64,000 nt of DNA from Candidatus Poribacteria bacterium (GCA_022821495.1 JAJEDN010000026.1:65561-129560), one strand, 5' to 3'. Positions 52,874 through 61,264 are shown, numbered from the stretch's first letter. Numbers and translations: made by a program. The notes: generated by a model from the letters alone, not told the origin.

Positions 52874-53698
52874 TTAATACTCGCCGCGGGCATTCCAACC
52901 CGGATACTGTTCTTCCAATGCCTCAAGCGTTTGCGGTGTATAGTACGGATGTCCAGCAGGTGGGAACCGAAAAACTTCGCGTTCTGCTGCTGTTAACGTA
53001 CCGATGAACTTCGAGAATGTCGCGTTTCGCCCTTTATCTGTGTAGTGCCGAAAACCTTCCCAATAGTGGTCTGCACGTCCGAGACCGAATCCCCACGTGA
53101 AGCGTTGCCCGTCTTCCCGCAGATAATCGCTTGCTGAATGCAATGTATAGTTGTTGAAGATACAGACAGTTCCACCTTTACAAACAAGCGGTTCGTATTT
53201 AGAGGTGTCCCGTCCGTGTTCCTTAGCAAGGAGTCTCAGCGGTGCTTGGTCTTTGTCAACATCCTCAAGATGTACCCAAAAGCCGAGTTGCCCGAACTCA
53301 CGAGCACTCTCGGACTGTGGTAGCAGTGAGTTATTGCCGTTATCAATGTGCAAATTGTTCGGATCGCTATCGACACCCGGTCCTTTAAATCCGGGATAGC
53401 GTGCAATCATACACCCCGCACGGAAGTGAATATGCTCCGTTTTCAGAAATTTACGCGCGAATGCCCATGCATCGTGATCCACGATCGCACGTAATAAAGC
53501 CATTTCAGCGGGCGGGAATTCCGTCAAAATCGCGCTACCGGGGGGTGGGTCATCCTTAACTTCTTCCCATGTCGGGAGCACACGGCGTTGGGCAGCCTGC
53601 ATCTCCGCAAGTTGTTCACCTGAATAGTAGTCGGGCACAATTAAGTAGCCTTTCGCTAAGAGTTCATCCAGTTGGGCATCGGTAAATTGCTTCGGCAT
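52874..53698 (-). CDS. Phytanoyl-CoA dioxygenase (PhyH) family Fe(II)/2-oxoglutarate oxygenase
   Basis: N-terminus FTDAQLDELLAKGYLIVPDYYS. H-x-D in NLHIDNG. Distal His in NNYTLHSAS. Confidence 0.75.
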   Translation of the reverse strand: MPKQFTDAQLDELLAKGYLIVPDYYSGEQLAEMQAAQRRVLPTWEEVKDDPPPGSAILTEFPPAEMALLRAIVDHDAWAFARKFLKTEHIHFRAGCMIARYPGFKGPGVDSDPNNLHIDNGNNSLLPQSESAREFGQLGFWVHLEDVDKDQAPLRLLAKEHGRDTSKYEPLVCKGGTVCIFNNYTLHSASDYLREDGQRFTWGFGLGRADHYWEGFRHYTDKGRNATFSKFIGTLTAAEREVFRFPPAGHPYYTPQTLEALEEQYPGWNARGEY

Positions 53699-53744
53699 GT
53701 GAACCTCCATTGGAAAAGTGAAGCAGATTTGAATGAGGACATGT

Positions 53745-53805
53745 TAAAAAATTTTTGCTGACGAACCTTGACAACCAAAATGGGTGGCAAAGCCCGTCAG
53801 CAAAA
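53745..53805 (-). terminator. Terminator hairpin downstream of tRNA-Asn
   Basis: 11-bp stem TTTTGCTGACG (53753-53763) / CGTCAGCAAAA (53795-53805), with a partly paired long loop. On the minus strand it is followed by a T-run (ATTTTTT). Confidence 0.45.
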
Positions 53806-53811
53806 TTGAAA

Positions 53812-53884
53812 CTCCCCCAGACGGACTCGAACCGCCGACACGATGGTTAACAGCCATCTGCTCTACCGACTGAGCTATGGGGGA
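53812..53884 (-). tRNA. tRNA-Asn (anticodon GTT)
   Basis: Minus strand folds by hand: TCCCCCA-TA-GCTC-AGTCGGTA-GAGC-A-GATGG-CTGTTAA-CCATC-GTGTC-GGCGG-TTCGAGT-CCGTC-TGGGGGA-G. All four stems pair. Anticodon loop CT-GTT-AA. No encoded CCA. Confidence 0.9.
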
Positions 53885-53896
53885 ATATTAATGTTA

Positions 53897-53925
53897 ATTA
53901 TACCCGATCCCGTCAGCAATTGCAA
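53897..53925 (-). promoter_or_regulatory. Sigma70 near-consensus promoter P1 of tRNA-Asn
   Basis: Minus strand reads TTGCAA-17 nt-TATAAT. The -10 ends 12 nt before the mature tRNA 5' end. Confidence 0.6.
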
Positions 53926-53970
53926 GTTAAATAGTACTTTTTTGCTGCAAGCGAAACAGACTGAATATTA

Positions 53971-53999
53971 ATTATACATTATCCTATCTGCAGTTGCAA
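53971..53999 (-). promoter_or_regulatory. Duplicate promoter P2, 74 bp upstream of P1
   Basis: Minus strand reads TTGCAA-17 nt-TATAAT again, embedded in a ~45-bp direct repeat of the P1 region. Confidence 0.5.
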
Positions 54000-54022
54000 A
54001 TTAAATTTTTTTAGGACTGTCT

Positions 54023-54412
54023 TTAGCATCCGCACACAACTTCGGTTCCCGGAACACCTTGTTTACCTTGTGTTTCATAGCCATCACGTTTCCACCAATC
54101 CAAACCACCCATCAGTTCCTTAACCTGGAACCCCAATTTTGCCATATTCAAAGCACCTTTGGTAGAAGCATTACAGCCGATACCATCACAATAGGTTACA
54201 TACACCTTTGATGTATCGAGTTCACGTGTAGTCGCCTCCGACATCGTTCGATGTGGTATATTTATGGATGTCGGTATGTGTTCAAGTGCGTAAGCCTCTG
54301 GAGAGCGTGCATCTATGACGACGATAGGTTCCCCGTTATTGAGTGCTTCATAGAGATCCCAAGAATCTGTTTCGTGATTAAGTTTCGCTTGATAAAATTC
54401 GATCTGATTCAT
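54023..54412 (-). CDS. Rhodanese-like domain protein
   Basis: VVIDARSPEAYALEHIPTSINIP ... VYVTYCDGIGCNASTKGA ... LMGGLDWW (active-site loop CDGIGCN). Confidence 0.8.
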   Translation of the reverse strand: MNQIEFYQAKLNHETDSWDLYEALNNGEPIVVIDARSPEAYALEHIPTSINIPHRTMSEATTRELDTSKVYVTYCDGIGCNASTKGALNMAKLGFQVKELMGGLDWWKRDGYETQGKQGVPGTEVVCGC

Positions 54413-54572
54413 AATTTCCTTTTGTATTTAGCGTTAGTAGTCTGTCCAGTCTAAAATTGGGAGTAATCCCGCTCGTAGTAGGTCAATTTATTGCCCGTTG
54501 TTGCCCGTGGAACGTGTGATAAATCACACTACTACGAACGAATCCCCGTATAATTCAATGGTGGATAGACTA

Positions 54573-54845
54573 TTAGGTATAAATTTTAATTTCTTCAGGG
54601 TTGATGGCAACGATACGGGAAATGCGTTCAAGTTCGTCTTCGGATAGCACTTGGACAATGTCCTCCCAGACCCGGTCTTCGCGTTCTGAGCGTTTGTATT
54701 CATAGATGTCGAATTTACGGCTGATGACGAGGATGCGGATGTGTTCGTCACCATCGTCGAAAACATCAACGAAATAGTCTGGATCGGGGAAAGAGCCTGC
54801 TTTTAGGGTGTCATGTATTTTTTGCTTTAGTGTTTCAGGTGCCAT
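54573..54845 (-). CDS. Small protein, paralog 1 of a tandem triplet (BolA/IbaG-like pattern, family not confirmed)
   Basis: 90 aa: MAPETLKQKIHDTLKAGSFPDPDYFVDVFDDGDEHIRILVISRKFD...PEEIKIYT. GAGGT RBS 6 nt upstream. The most diverged copy. Confidence 0.6.
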   Translation of the reverse strand: MAPETLKQKIHDTLKAGSFPDPDYFVDVFDDGDEHIRILVISRKFDIYEYKRSEREDRVWEDIVQVLSEDELERISRIVAINPEEIKIYT

Positions 54846-54858
54846 GTCTCTACCTCAA

Positions 54859-55122
54859 TTACCAAATCTGAACTTCTTCAGGGATCGCACCAACTAATAA
54901 AGAGACGTGTCCCCATTCCTCATCTGAAAGATGCTTTAGGAGTTCGTCCCAGATAATGTCGCCTCTACCTCCCATAGTGTGTCCGTTGAATTTTCTACTG
55001 ACAACGACAACATGGATGAAATCGCCGGCTCCATCAGATACGTCAACGAAATCTTTTGTATCGTTGAAGTAGCCTGTTTTGAGCAAATTCTGAATTTTTT
55101 GCTTTAGCGTTTCACATGCCAC
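54859..55122 (-). CDS. Small protein, paralog 2 of the tandem triplet
   Basis: 87 aa with GTG start and a GAGGT RBS. MACETLKQKIQNLLKTGYFNDTKDFVDVSDGAGDFIHVVVVSRKFNGHTMGGRGDIIWDELLKHLSDEEWGHVSLLVGAIPEEVQIW. Confidence 0.6.
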   Translation of the reverse strand: MACETLKQKIQNLLKTGYFNDTKDFVDVSDGAGDFIHVVVVSRKFNGHTMGGRGDIIWDELLKHLSDEEWGHVSLLVGAIPEEVQIW

Positions 55123-55135
55123 ATCTCTACCTCAC

Positions 55136-55399
55136 TTACCAGAGCATAACCTCTTCAGGCAACATACCGATGGAAAGGAACACATGCCCCCATTCCTCTC
55201 GTGAAAGATTTTTTTCCAGCTGATCCCAGATAATATCGGTTCTGCTTCCCATAGTATGTCCATTGAATTTTCGACTCACAATGACAATATGGACATGATC
55301 CGCCGAACCATCGGAAACATCAACAAAATCCTTACTATCGCTGAAGTATCCGGCCTTGAGAGTGTCGTGAATTTTTTGCTTAAGTATTTTACATGCCAT
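55136..55399 (-). CDS. Small protein, paralog 3 of the tandem triplet
   Basis: 87 aa. MACKILKQKIHDTLKAGYFSDSKDFVDVSDGSADHVHIVIVSRKFNGHTMGSRTDIIWDQLEKNLSREEWGHVFLSIGMLPEEVMLW. Starts 15 nt after the HEPN gene stop. Confidence 0.6.
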   Translation of the reverse strand: MACKILKQKIHDTLKAGYFSDSKDFVDVSDGSADHVHIVIVSRKFNGHTMGSRTDIIWDQLEKNLSREEWGHVFLSIGMLPEEVMLW

Positions 55400-55414
55400 T
55401 ATGTAAATCCTTCA

Positions 55415-55858
55415 TCAGAAGTTATTGTCTATCCAGTGCATAAACCTTTCAATAGAGGTCATAAACTCAGTTGCTTCTCTGCGATTTGCCTGCTTGGAAG
55501 TGTAACGCCAATTTGGTGTCCACTGGTTGACCTTGTTAAACAAGGATAACACATCACGATTTTGCATCAGACGATTATAGCCTGGGGCAAGCCTTAGTAA
55601 ATCCTCCAATTGATGCGTAAAGACTGTACGGTGTGCAGAAAGTATAGAACGTTGCCGAAGTAAGTCTTCTAATTCGCCCAAATTTTTGCAATCGTAGATT
55701 TGCATCAGTTTGGTTTTCAAGAGGCATTCCACCGCGTAGCCTCCAATATACATCGCTCCGCGCCACCGAGAGGCATTGAGAAGTACCTTTGCATCTTCCA
55801 AACGTTGATGGCTAGCATTCGCTTGTTCGCTGATTCCATTGTGCAAGTCCCGATTCAT
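55415..55858 (-). CDS. HEPN-domain protein (putative RNase-type toxin)
   Basis: LEDAKVLLNASRWRGAMYIGGYAVECLLKTKL (HEPN helix 1-2 pattern). R-x4-H in AHRTVFTHQLEDLL. C-terminal WRYTSKQANRREATEFMTSIERFMHWI. Confidence 0.6.
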   Translation of the reverse strand: MNRDLHNGISEQANASHQRLEDAKVLLNASRWRGAMYIGGYAVECLLKTKLMQIYDCKNLGELEDLLRQRSILSAHRTVFTHQLEDLLRLAPGYNRLMQNRDVLSLFNKVNQWTPNWRYTSKQANRREATEFMTSIERFMHWIDNNF

Positions 55859-55917
55859 AAGGTTAACTTTATTCAGTCTAAACCGTCTCCATTATCTGTT
55901 TTGGGGCATATTTTAAA

Positions 55918-55946
55918 AGTAAATCACACTTTCACGTCTGTGTCAA
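55918..55946 (-). promoter_or_regulatory. Putative promoter of the HEPN + triplet operon
   Basis: Minus strand reads TTGACA-17 nt-TTTACT, about 55 nt upstream of ATG 55858. Confidence 0.4.
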
Positions 55947-55953
55947 CGCTAAA

Positions 55954-58281
55954 TTAGGGATGTAGAGAAAACACTTTGATTTCATTAGTCCGAATCCATC
56001 TCGCCGCCACACTTCGCCCCGTAATTATTATACCTTTATACTTAAATGGAGCTGTCCCAAAGTTTGCGAAAATCTCAACTATATTCCCAAACTCAGTGCG
56101 TTGGACTTGCCTATCATCGCTTAGCCACTCAAAATCGGTCATCGCTTGTCCACCGATCTGCTTATGCAACGGTGAAAAGAAGGCGTAGTGCTTTTTTATC
56201 CACGCTTTATGTTTTTCAAATTCCGCCATATTCAGATGGTATAACGGCGGCACATTGTAGAGCAATTCCAAGAGTGCCAATGTCTCGATGGCATTCTCAA
56301 ATTTGAGGCTTCCAGAACCCCAATGGTGCGTTGTTATCACCGAGTCGTGGAACACAATCTGGTAAAGCGGTAGTCGGAAACGCGGATCGTAGTAGTGATA
56401 CAGATAGTTCGGTTTAAGAGGCACCTGTTTGATGTGAACCGCGGGACCTTCAGGGGGCCAGTAACCGCCAACATAATAAGGCGAGGTCTTAGATTTCATA
56501 TCTGGATCACCCCATCCAATAACAGGCACCGTCATCCCGTGTGCGAAGTGAAGCACCGCTGCCGAATACGCAGCACCGCCTTCGGAACCGACGACCATAT
56601 CGTGTGTATCCCGAATCCATGAAATCCGATCCAAGCGTGCGCGCATATCGTCTAACTGTGTCGCCGGATGCGATGTTGAATAATCATCGTAGAGTTCGCC
56701 ATAAGCATCACAATCAATAAACCACGTATTGAAGTCTGACGGCATCTGTTCAACAATACCGTTGACACGATTTTCGACATAAGGTTTTGCCGCGAGTGGG
56801 CTTAAGTGATACCCCTTCTTCTTAAAACCTCGACTTTTCGTGCCGTCTGCGTTGACAATCGCTCCGGTCTCATAAAGCGTCAGGTCAAACTGTGCAGTTT
56901 CCCATGTATCCTTTTCGTTCGGGTGGTGAATACTATGGTAGGAATCATAAGGTCCAATCAGATAACCGAGTTCTTTCGCCTTCGCGACAGCCGTCGGATG
57001 CCGAAACCCGTCCTGCCATGAATCCGCACCGAGCCAGAGTCTGTCCAACCCATTTTCAGCAAATTGTTCCAGCAGCTTCACAGACAAGCCGTCACCCCAT
57101 TCGTCTGGGTGCCGCAGGACATCGGAAAACGCTGCGTGGAATAGAAGGCAGTTGCGGCGATACACTTCCGTGAGCGATAGCGTGGATACGTCTCGCGAGA
57201 TTAACGCTTTTACTTCTGACGTAAGAGGAACCGCTGTCCAAACGGCTGGCTCGTAAAAATTTTGATTTTCAAGCTGTACACTGATCGCACGGCTTACAAC
57301 CCGCCGGACATATTTAGACGCATGTGCCGATTGAGCGATTTCACGAATTGCTTCCCGCACCTCGGCATCCAACTGCGCCCAAACCTGTTTCGCAACCCCG
57401 CTCTCACCACTCAGTCTTGTCGCAAACGTTTGCCAATCCGTTACATCATATTGACTGAAGAGTTTTCCGCCCCACAAGTAAACATGTGCAGCACCGAGTA
57501 ATTTCTCGGCAGCAGGTGTCTTCTCAATCTTTTCAGCAAAGGAGACGAATTCGGCGTTCTGTTTCAACCAGTGGCGGTATTGTTTCGCAGGTGCAACCGG
57601 CGATGCTGCGCCAAGAGAGATACGCAATCCGTATCTTTTCTCTTCCCAATTCGGCGTAAAGGTATGCGATACCTGCATGCCGAATCCAGAAGTTGTAGTG
57701 CTATTAAACAAAATTTGGTTATTGAACGGGTTAGTAAGAATATAGGTAAGTGTTCGCTCACTGAGATCCAATCCCCAAAACGGCATTGAGAGACCCGCGG
57801 TTGTGTCTACCGGTCCCTGATCGGATAAAAAATCTTGCCACTTAACATCATCTTTCGGAACGTAACTCCCCTCAAAGAAGGGAAAAATATAGCCGTGGAG
57901 CGACTCAAAATCTTCAATAACGGGCCATGTTAAACTTAATACGGCATTTGCCTGCTTATCCTGAATAAATTCAACGGAGAGTGAGTCGTCTATCAGTTCA
58001 AAGCGAACGGTAAGAAAACGCTCTGGCACCCGCCAACTGACAGTATTGGCTTTTTGAGAGAAGTCCTTTATAGTGCCGAAACCGGTTTGTCCCGATGAAA
58101 TCGGCACGGAGACTGCTGAATCCGCCGGATATGCCTCCACAGCGAGGGACTGCGGATCAATGTCAACTGTCCAAACAGCATTGCGAAGACGGGCGGTTTC
58201 AGGCGCAGCACCGACACTGACGGAAGTTAGCAGCAATACGCCTATAGATAAGACGTAAAATCGTAATTTAGACAATAACAC
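55954..58281 (-). CDS. Secreted large hypothetical protein, possibly a glycoside hydrolase (family not assigned)
   Basis: Signal peptide LSIGVLLLTSVSVGAAPE. Acidic catalytic-looking blocks (WFIDCDAYGELYDDY, MVVGSEGGAAYSA). Adjacent to a sugar isomerase/epimerase gene. The function call is weak. Confidence 0.4.
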   Translation of the reverse strand: MLLSKLRFYVLSIGVLLLTSVSVGAAPETARLRNAVWTVDIDPQSLAVEAYPADSAVSVPISSGQTGFGTIKDFSQKANTVSWRVPERFLTVRFELIDDSLSVEFIQDKQANAVLSLTWPVIEDFESLHGYIFPFFEGSYVPKDDVKWQDFLSDQGPVDTTAGLSMPFWGLDLSERTLTYILTNPFNNQILFNSTTTSGFGMQVSHTFTPNWEEKRYGLRISLGAASPVAPAKQYRHWLKQNAEFVSFAEKIEKTPAAEKLLGAAHVYLWGGKLFSQYDVTDWQTFATRLSGESGVAKQVWAQLDAEVREAIREIAQSAHASKYVRRVVSRAISVQLENQNFYEPAVWTAVPLTSEVKALISRDVSTLSLTEVYRRNCLLFHAAFSDVLRHPDEWGDGLSVKLLEQFAENGLDRLWLGADSWQDGFRHPTAVAKAKELGYLIGPYDSYHSIHHPNEKDTWETAQFDLTLYETGAIVNADGTKSRGFKKKGYHLSPLAAKPYVENRVNGIVEQMPSDFNTWFIDCDAYGELYDDYSTSHPATQLDDMRARLDRISWIRDTHDMVVGSEGGAAYSAAVLHFAHGMTVPVIGWGDPDMKSKTSPYYVGGYWPPEGPAVHIKQVPLKPNYLYHYYDPRFRLPLYQIVFHDSVITTHHWGSGSLKFENAIETLALLELLYNVPPLYHLNMAEFEKHKAWIKKHYAFFSPLHKQIGGQAMTDFEWLSDDRQVQRTEFGNIVEIFANFGTAPFKYKGIIITGRSVAARWIRTNEIKVFSLHP

Positions 58282-58338
58282 CTATTTTCCTTGCCGTGAG
58301 ATGGCGCGTCAGGAAAACGCGCCCATGACCACAAATAC

Positions 58339-59097
58339 TTATCTTGACAACTCTTCCCACAATGCCCGGTAAAAATTCATCACGCGCACGGGATCAGAGC
58401 TTCCAGCGATTTCCGCAAGCGTGTAACCTGTATATCCCGACGCTTTCAACGATGTAAAAAGCTCACGCCACGGATACTCACGCCGATGCAGTTCTGTGAT
58501 ATGCACCAAACCGATTCTGCCTTTCACGAGATCAAAATTCTTTTGAATAGAACCGTTTTCCACTTCACCGAAGTTAGAATTCCAGCAGACATAGACATTA
58601 TCGTGATCAGCGACATCAATAATCGTGCGGATATGCCGGAGTTCGGAGGTGCCGCCGCCATGTACTTCCAACCGAATCTGGACACCGAGATCCGCAGCGA
58701 ATTCGCCACACTCGCGCAATGCTAATCCAATTTGCTCAAGGGTCTTTTCAACAGGCACTTCATCGGGTAACCCATTCGGACGCACCTTTACACCCGGAGC
58801 ACCGACATCTGCCGCCAGCTGGGAGTAAACTTTTGTCCCTTCTATGTTTTGCCGAACAACGGCTTGATCGACAGCATGATAGTCAAACGCTGAACCCAAG
58901 CCAGCAATCTCAATCGAGGAATCGTCGAATTGTTGCTTTACCGCTGCCCGTTCGCTTGCCGAGAGTTCAACTTCAACGCCGTGGGCATGCGTCGTCCGCA
59001 ATTCCACGCCTTTGAATCCTGTCTCCACACACTGTTCAATGATTGTTGGGATATCCCAATCTTTCGCCATATTATATGTAACTAAACCAAGCTTCAT
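58339..59097 (-). CDS. Sugar phosphate isomerase/epimerase (xylose-isomerase-like TIM barrel)
   Basis: MKLGLVTYNM ... GFKGVELRTTHAHGVE ... IRLEVHGGGTS ... VCWNSN ... pattern typical of the AP_endonuc_2/TIM-barrel family. Confidence 0.8.
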   Translation of the reverse strand: MKLGLVTYNMAKDWDIPTIIEQCVETGFKGVELRTTHAHGVEVELSASERAAVKQQFDDSSIEIAGLGSAFDYHAVDQAVVRQNIEGTKVYSQLAADVGAPGVKVRPNGLPDEVPVEKTLEQIGLALRECGEFAADLGVQIRLEVHGGGTSELRHIRTIIDVADHDNVYVCWNSNFGEVENGSIQKNFDLVKGRIGLVHITELHRREYPWRELFTSLKASGYTGYTLAEIAGSSDPVRVMNFYRALWEELSR

Positions 59098-59106
59098 AGA
59101 ATCTCC

Positions 59107-59679
59107 TTATTCAAAAAGTTGTGCGACTTGACACGAAAACCCTTCAACGACATCTTCACCCGTGAGCGTGTCGTCAATTCCCAACACCCTGATAGGTGTT
59201 TCGGCTCGATACACGCGTACCGTTTGTGAAGTGGGTTCCACAATCCAAACCATCTGTGTACCAGCTTCAAGATAAGAGAACGCCTTTTCAATCACACGCC
59301 GAAAAACATCGGATGGTGAAACGACTTCCACTGCCAGGTCCGGCGGCACTGGGCATGCCCGGCTCGGATCATCAGGCAGATGCACTGTTGAAAGGAAGGC
59401 AACGTCCGGTTTCAGGACGCGCTCACCGACCTGGAAGCCAGTGTCCGGGGTAACCACCTTGCCGAGTTGATTATCTTCAACGTACGTCCCTAAACGCAAA
59501 AAGACCTTCGCGCTGATCAATCCATGTTCCCATGATGCAGCTGGCATCGGTATAAGTTCTCCGTTCACATATTCATAGCCCTCTAAGTCACTCTCAAGAA
59601 ATTCTTCCAGCGTCATCTTCTTCGGAGGTGGTAGTATTTCTTGGGTGACACCATGACCGTCTTGTTGTCTCATTTTCAT
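59107..59679 (-). CDS. Uma2-family (DUF820) putative endonuclease, copy 1
   Basis: MTLEEFLESDLEGYEYVNGELIPMPAASWEHG ... KPDVAFLS ... PDLAVEVVSPSD: Uma2 PD-(D/E)XK signature. Confidence 0.8.
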   Translation of the reverse strand: MKMRQQDGHGVTQEILPPPKKMTLEEFLESDLEGYEYVNGELIPMPAASWEHGLISAKVFLRLGTYVEDNQLGKVVTPDTGFQVGERVLKPDVAFLSTVHLPDDPSRACPVPPDLAVEVVSPSDVFRRVIEKAFSYLEAGTQMVWIVEPTSQTVRVYRAETPIRVLGIDDTLTGEDVVEGFSCQVAQLFE

Positions 59680-59714
59680 TCCTCCATAATCAGTTTGCCG
59701 TGTTTCAACGCCAC

Positions 59715-60287
59715 CTATTCAAAAAGTTGGGTAACTTGACACGAAAAACCTTCAACGACATCCTCACCCGTCAGTGTGTCTTCATAAGTGAGGGTTTTGG
59801 TGTCTGCTTTAGACCGATACACCGTCACCGTTTGCCCCACAGGTTCAATCACCCAAACAAGACGCGTTCCCGCGTCCAGATAGGCAAAAACCTTTTCAAG
59901 CACACGATACTGAATATCCGATGGTGAGAGAACTTCAACCGCCAGATCCGGTGGCATAGGGAATACCTCGCGCCTGTTCTCAGGCAACCTCGCTGTAGAA
60001 ACAAACGCGACATCTGGTTTAACCGATCGGTCCCCGAATTTAAAGTCTGTACCCGCCATATACAAACGTCCCAGCTGATTCTCCCGAACGTGCAAACCCA
60101 AAAGAACACTGAGATTCATACTGATTTCACCGTGCTCCATCGTCGTTGGTGCTATGGGTATTAATGCTCCATTAAAATATTCATAGCCTTCTAAGTCGGA
60201 TTGGCAAAATTCATCTAACGTCATATCGGTTTCCAGCGGCGCGAGGGATATTGCCGCCTGTTCATATCCATTTTTCGGAATGTCCAT
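59715..60287 (-). CDS. Uma2-family (DUF820) putative endonuclease, copy 2
   Basis: MTLDEFCQSDLEGYEYFNGALIPIAPTTMEHG ... KPDVAFVS ... PDLAVEVLSPSD. Start at Met49 (ATG 60287) gives the same N-terminal length as copy 1 and avoids the divergent promoter. Confidence 0.75.
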   Translation of the reverse strand: MDIPKNGYEQAAISLAPLETDMTLDEFCQSDLEGYEYFNGALIPIAPTTMEHGEISMNLSVLLGLHVRENQLGRLYMAGTDFKFGDRSVKPDVAFVSTARLPENRREVFPMPPDLAVEVLSPSDIQYRVLEKVFAYLDAGTRLVWVIEPVGQTVTVYRSKADTKTLTYEDTLTGEDVVEGFSCQVTQLFE

Positions 60288-60323
60288 CAGAACCTCTCTT
60301 TCCGCAACGCTGCCTATTTTCAA

Positions 60324-60352
60324 TTGCATCACACTGCGTTTTTTGCTATAAT
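60324..60352 (+). promoter_or_regulatory. Sigma70-type promoter for the HTH-MBL gene
   Basis: TTGCAT-17 nt-TATAAT. AAGGAG RBS. ATG at 60388. Confidence 0.55.
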
Positions 60353-60387
60353 GTTCCTTAAACCAACAAAGCAAGGAGAACACCACT

Positions 60388-61215
60388 ATGGCATACACAC
60401 TTGAAGATGAATTTGGTGATATTATCGGCAAAGCCCGACGCGGGCAAGACCTGTCTCAAAGCGAAATTGCAGCTGCTGCGGGGATCACAGAGGCAGAACT
60501 CGCGCGTATGGAACAGTATACCTTAAAACCGACAGAAACGCAAGTTTTTCGGCTCGCAGAAGTTCTGAATTTGGACGGTGCCAAACTGCTCGATATTGCG
60601 ACAGAACAGTGGGCACCCGAATCGCCCTCGCAAGGTAGCGACGCAAATCTTGAGGTCATCACAATTAGCGCGCCCGTCGGCGGGTGGCCCGTCAACGCCT
60701 ATCTCTTGATCTGCAAAGCGACCGACGATGCCGCAGTGATCGATACGGCTGCGCATCCTGACCTCATCTTAGAACAACTCGATGCGCGTCCTGTGAATCC
60801 GACTGCGATTCTGCTGACACACTCCCATGGCGATCATACCAACGGACTACCGAAACTTCAAACCGAAACCGGATGTGAGACCTACATCCACAAAAACGAA
60901 CCGAAACCGCAGAGCCAGAACACATTGCGTGAAGTCATTCATGGCGATGTCCTCTCTGTCGGCGAACTGATGGTAACGGTTGTCAATACACCTGGACATA
61001 CAACCGGTGGATGCAGTTTCCTCACACAGAATGTAGCATTCGTCGGCGACGCGATCTTCGCAGGGTCCGTCGGTGGACCTAATATCTCCTATCAGGATGA
61101 AATTGAGAGCGTTCGGGACAATCTGTTGTCGCTCCCAGACACAGTGAGGCTCTTTCCGGGACACGGTCCTTCCACCACTGTCGGTGAGGAAAAACTGCAC
61201 AACCCATTTTTCTAA
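60388..61215 (+). CDS. XRE-type HTH domain fused to an MBL-fold metallo-hydrolase (glyoxalase II-like)
   Basis: N-terminus RRGQDLSQSEIAAAAGITEAELARMEQ (HTH_XRE). MBL motif LLTHSHGDHTNG, later TPGHTTG and a C-terminal FPGHGPST. Confidence 0.75.
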   Translation: MAYTLEDEFGDIIGKARRGQDLSQSEIAAAAGITEAELARMEQYTLKPTETQVFRLAEVLNLDGAKLLDIATEQWAPESPSQGSDANLEVITISAPVGGWPVNAYLLICKATDDAAVIDTAAHPDLILEQLDARPVNPTAILLTHSHGDHTNGLPKLQTETGCETYIHKNEPKPQSQNTLREVIHGDVLSVGELMVTVVNTPGHTTGGCSFLTQNVAFVGDAIFAGSVGGPNISYQDEIESVRDNLLSLPDTVRLFPGHGPSTTVGEEKLHNPFF

Positions 61216-61264
61216 TTTTTAAACCATGGGCCTCCACAGAGTGCTTTTCACGGAAGGTTGACTT

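Noticed and set aside
51934-55858. tRNA-Asn-anchored integrative island, or a restriction-modification system around the Dam gene
   Set aside because: No integrase, no excisionase and no restriction endonuclease candidate was found. I could not find a direct repeat of the tRNA 3' end. Only a by-eye impression of AT-richness supports foreign origin, so it is reported as separate low-key observations instead.
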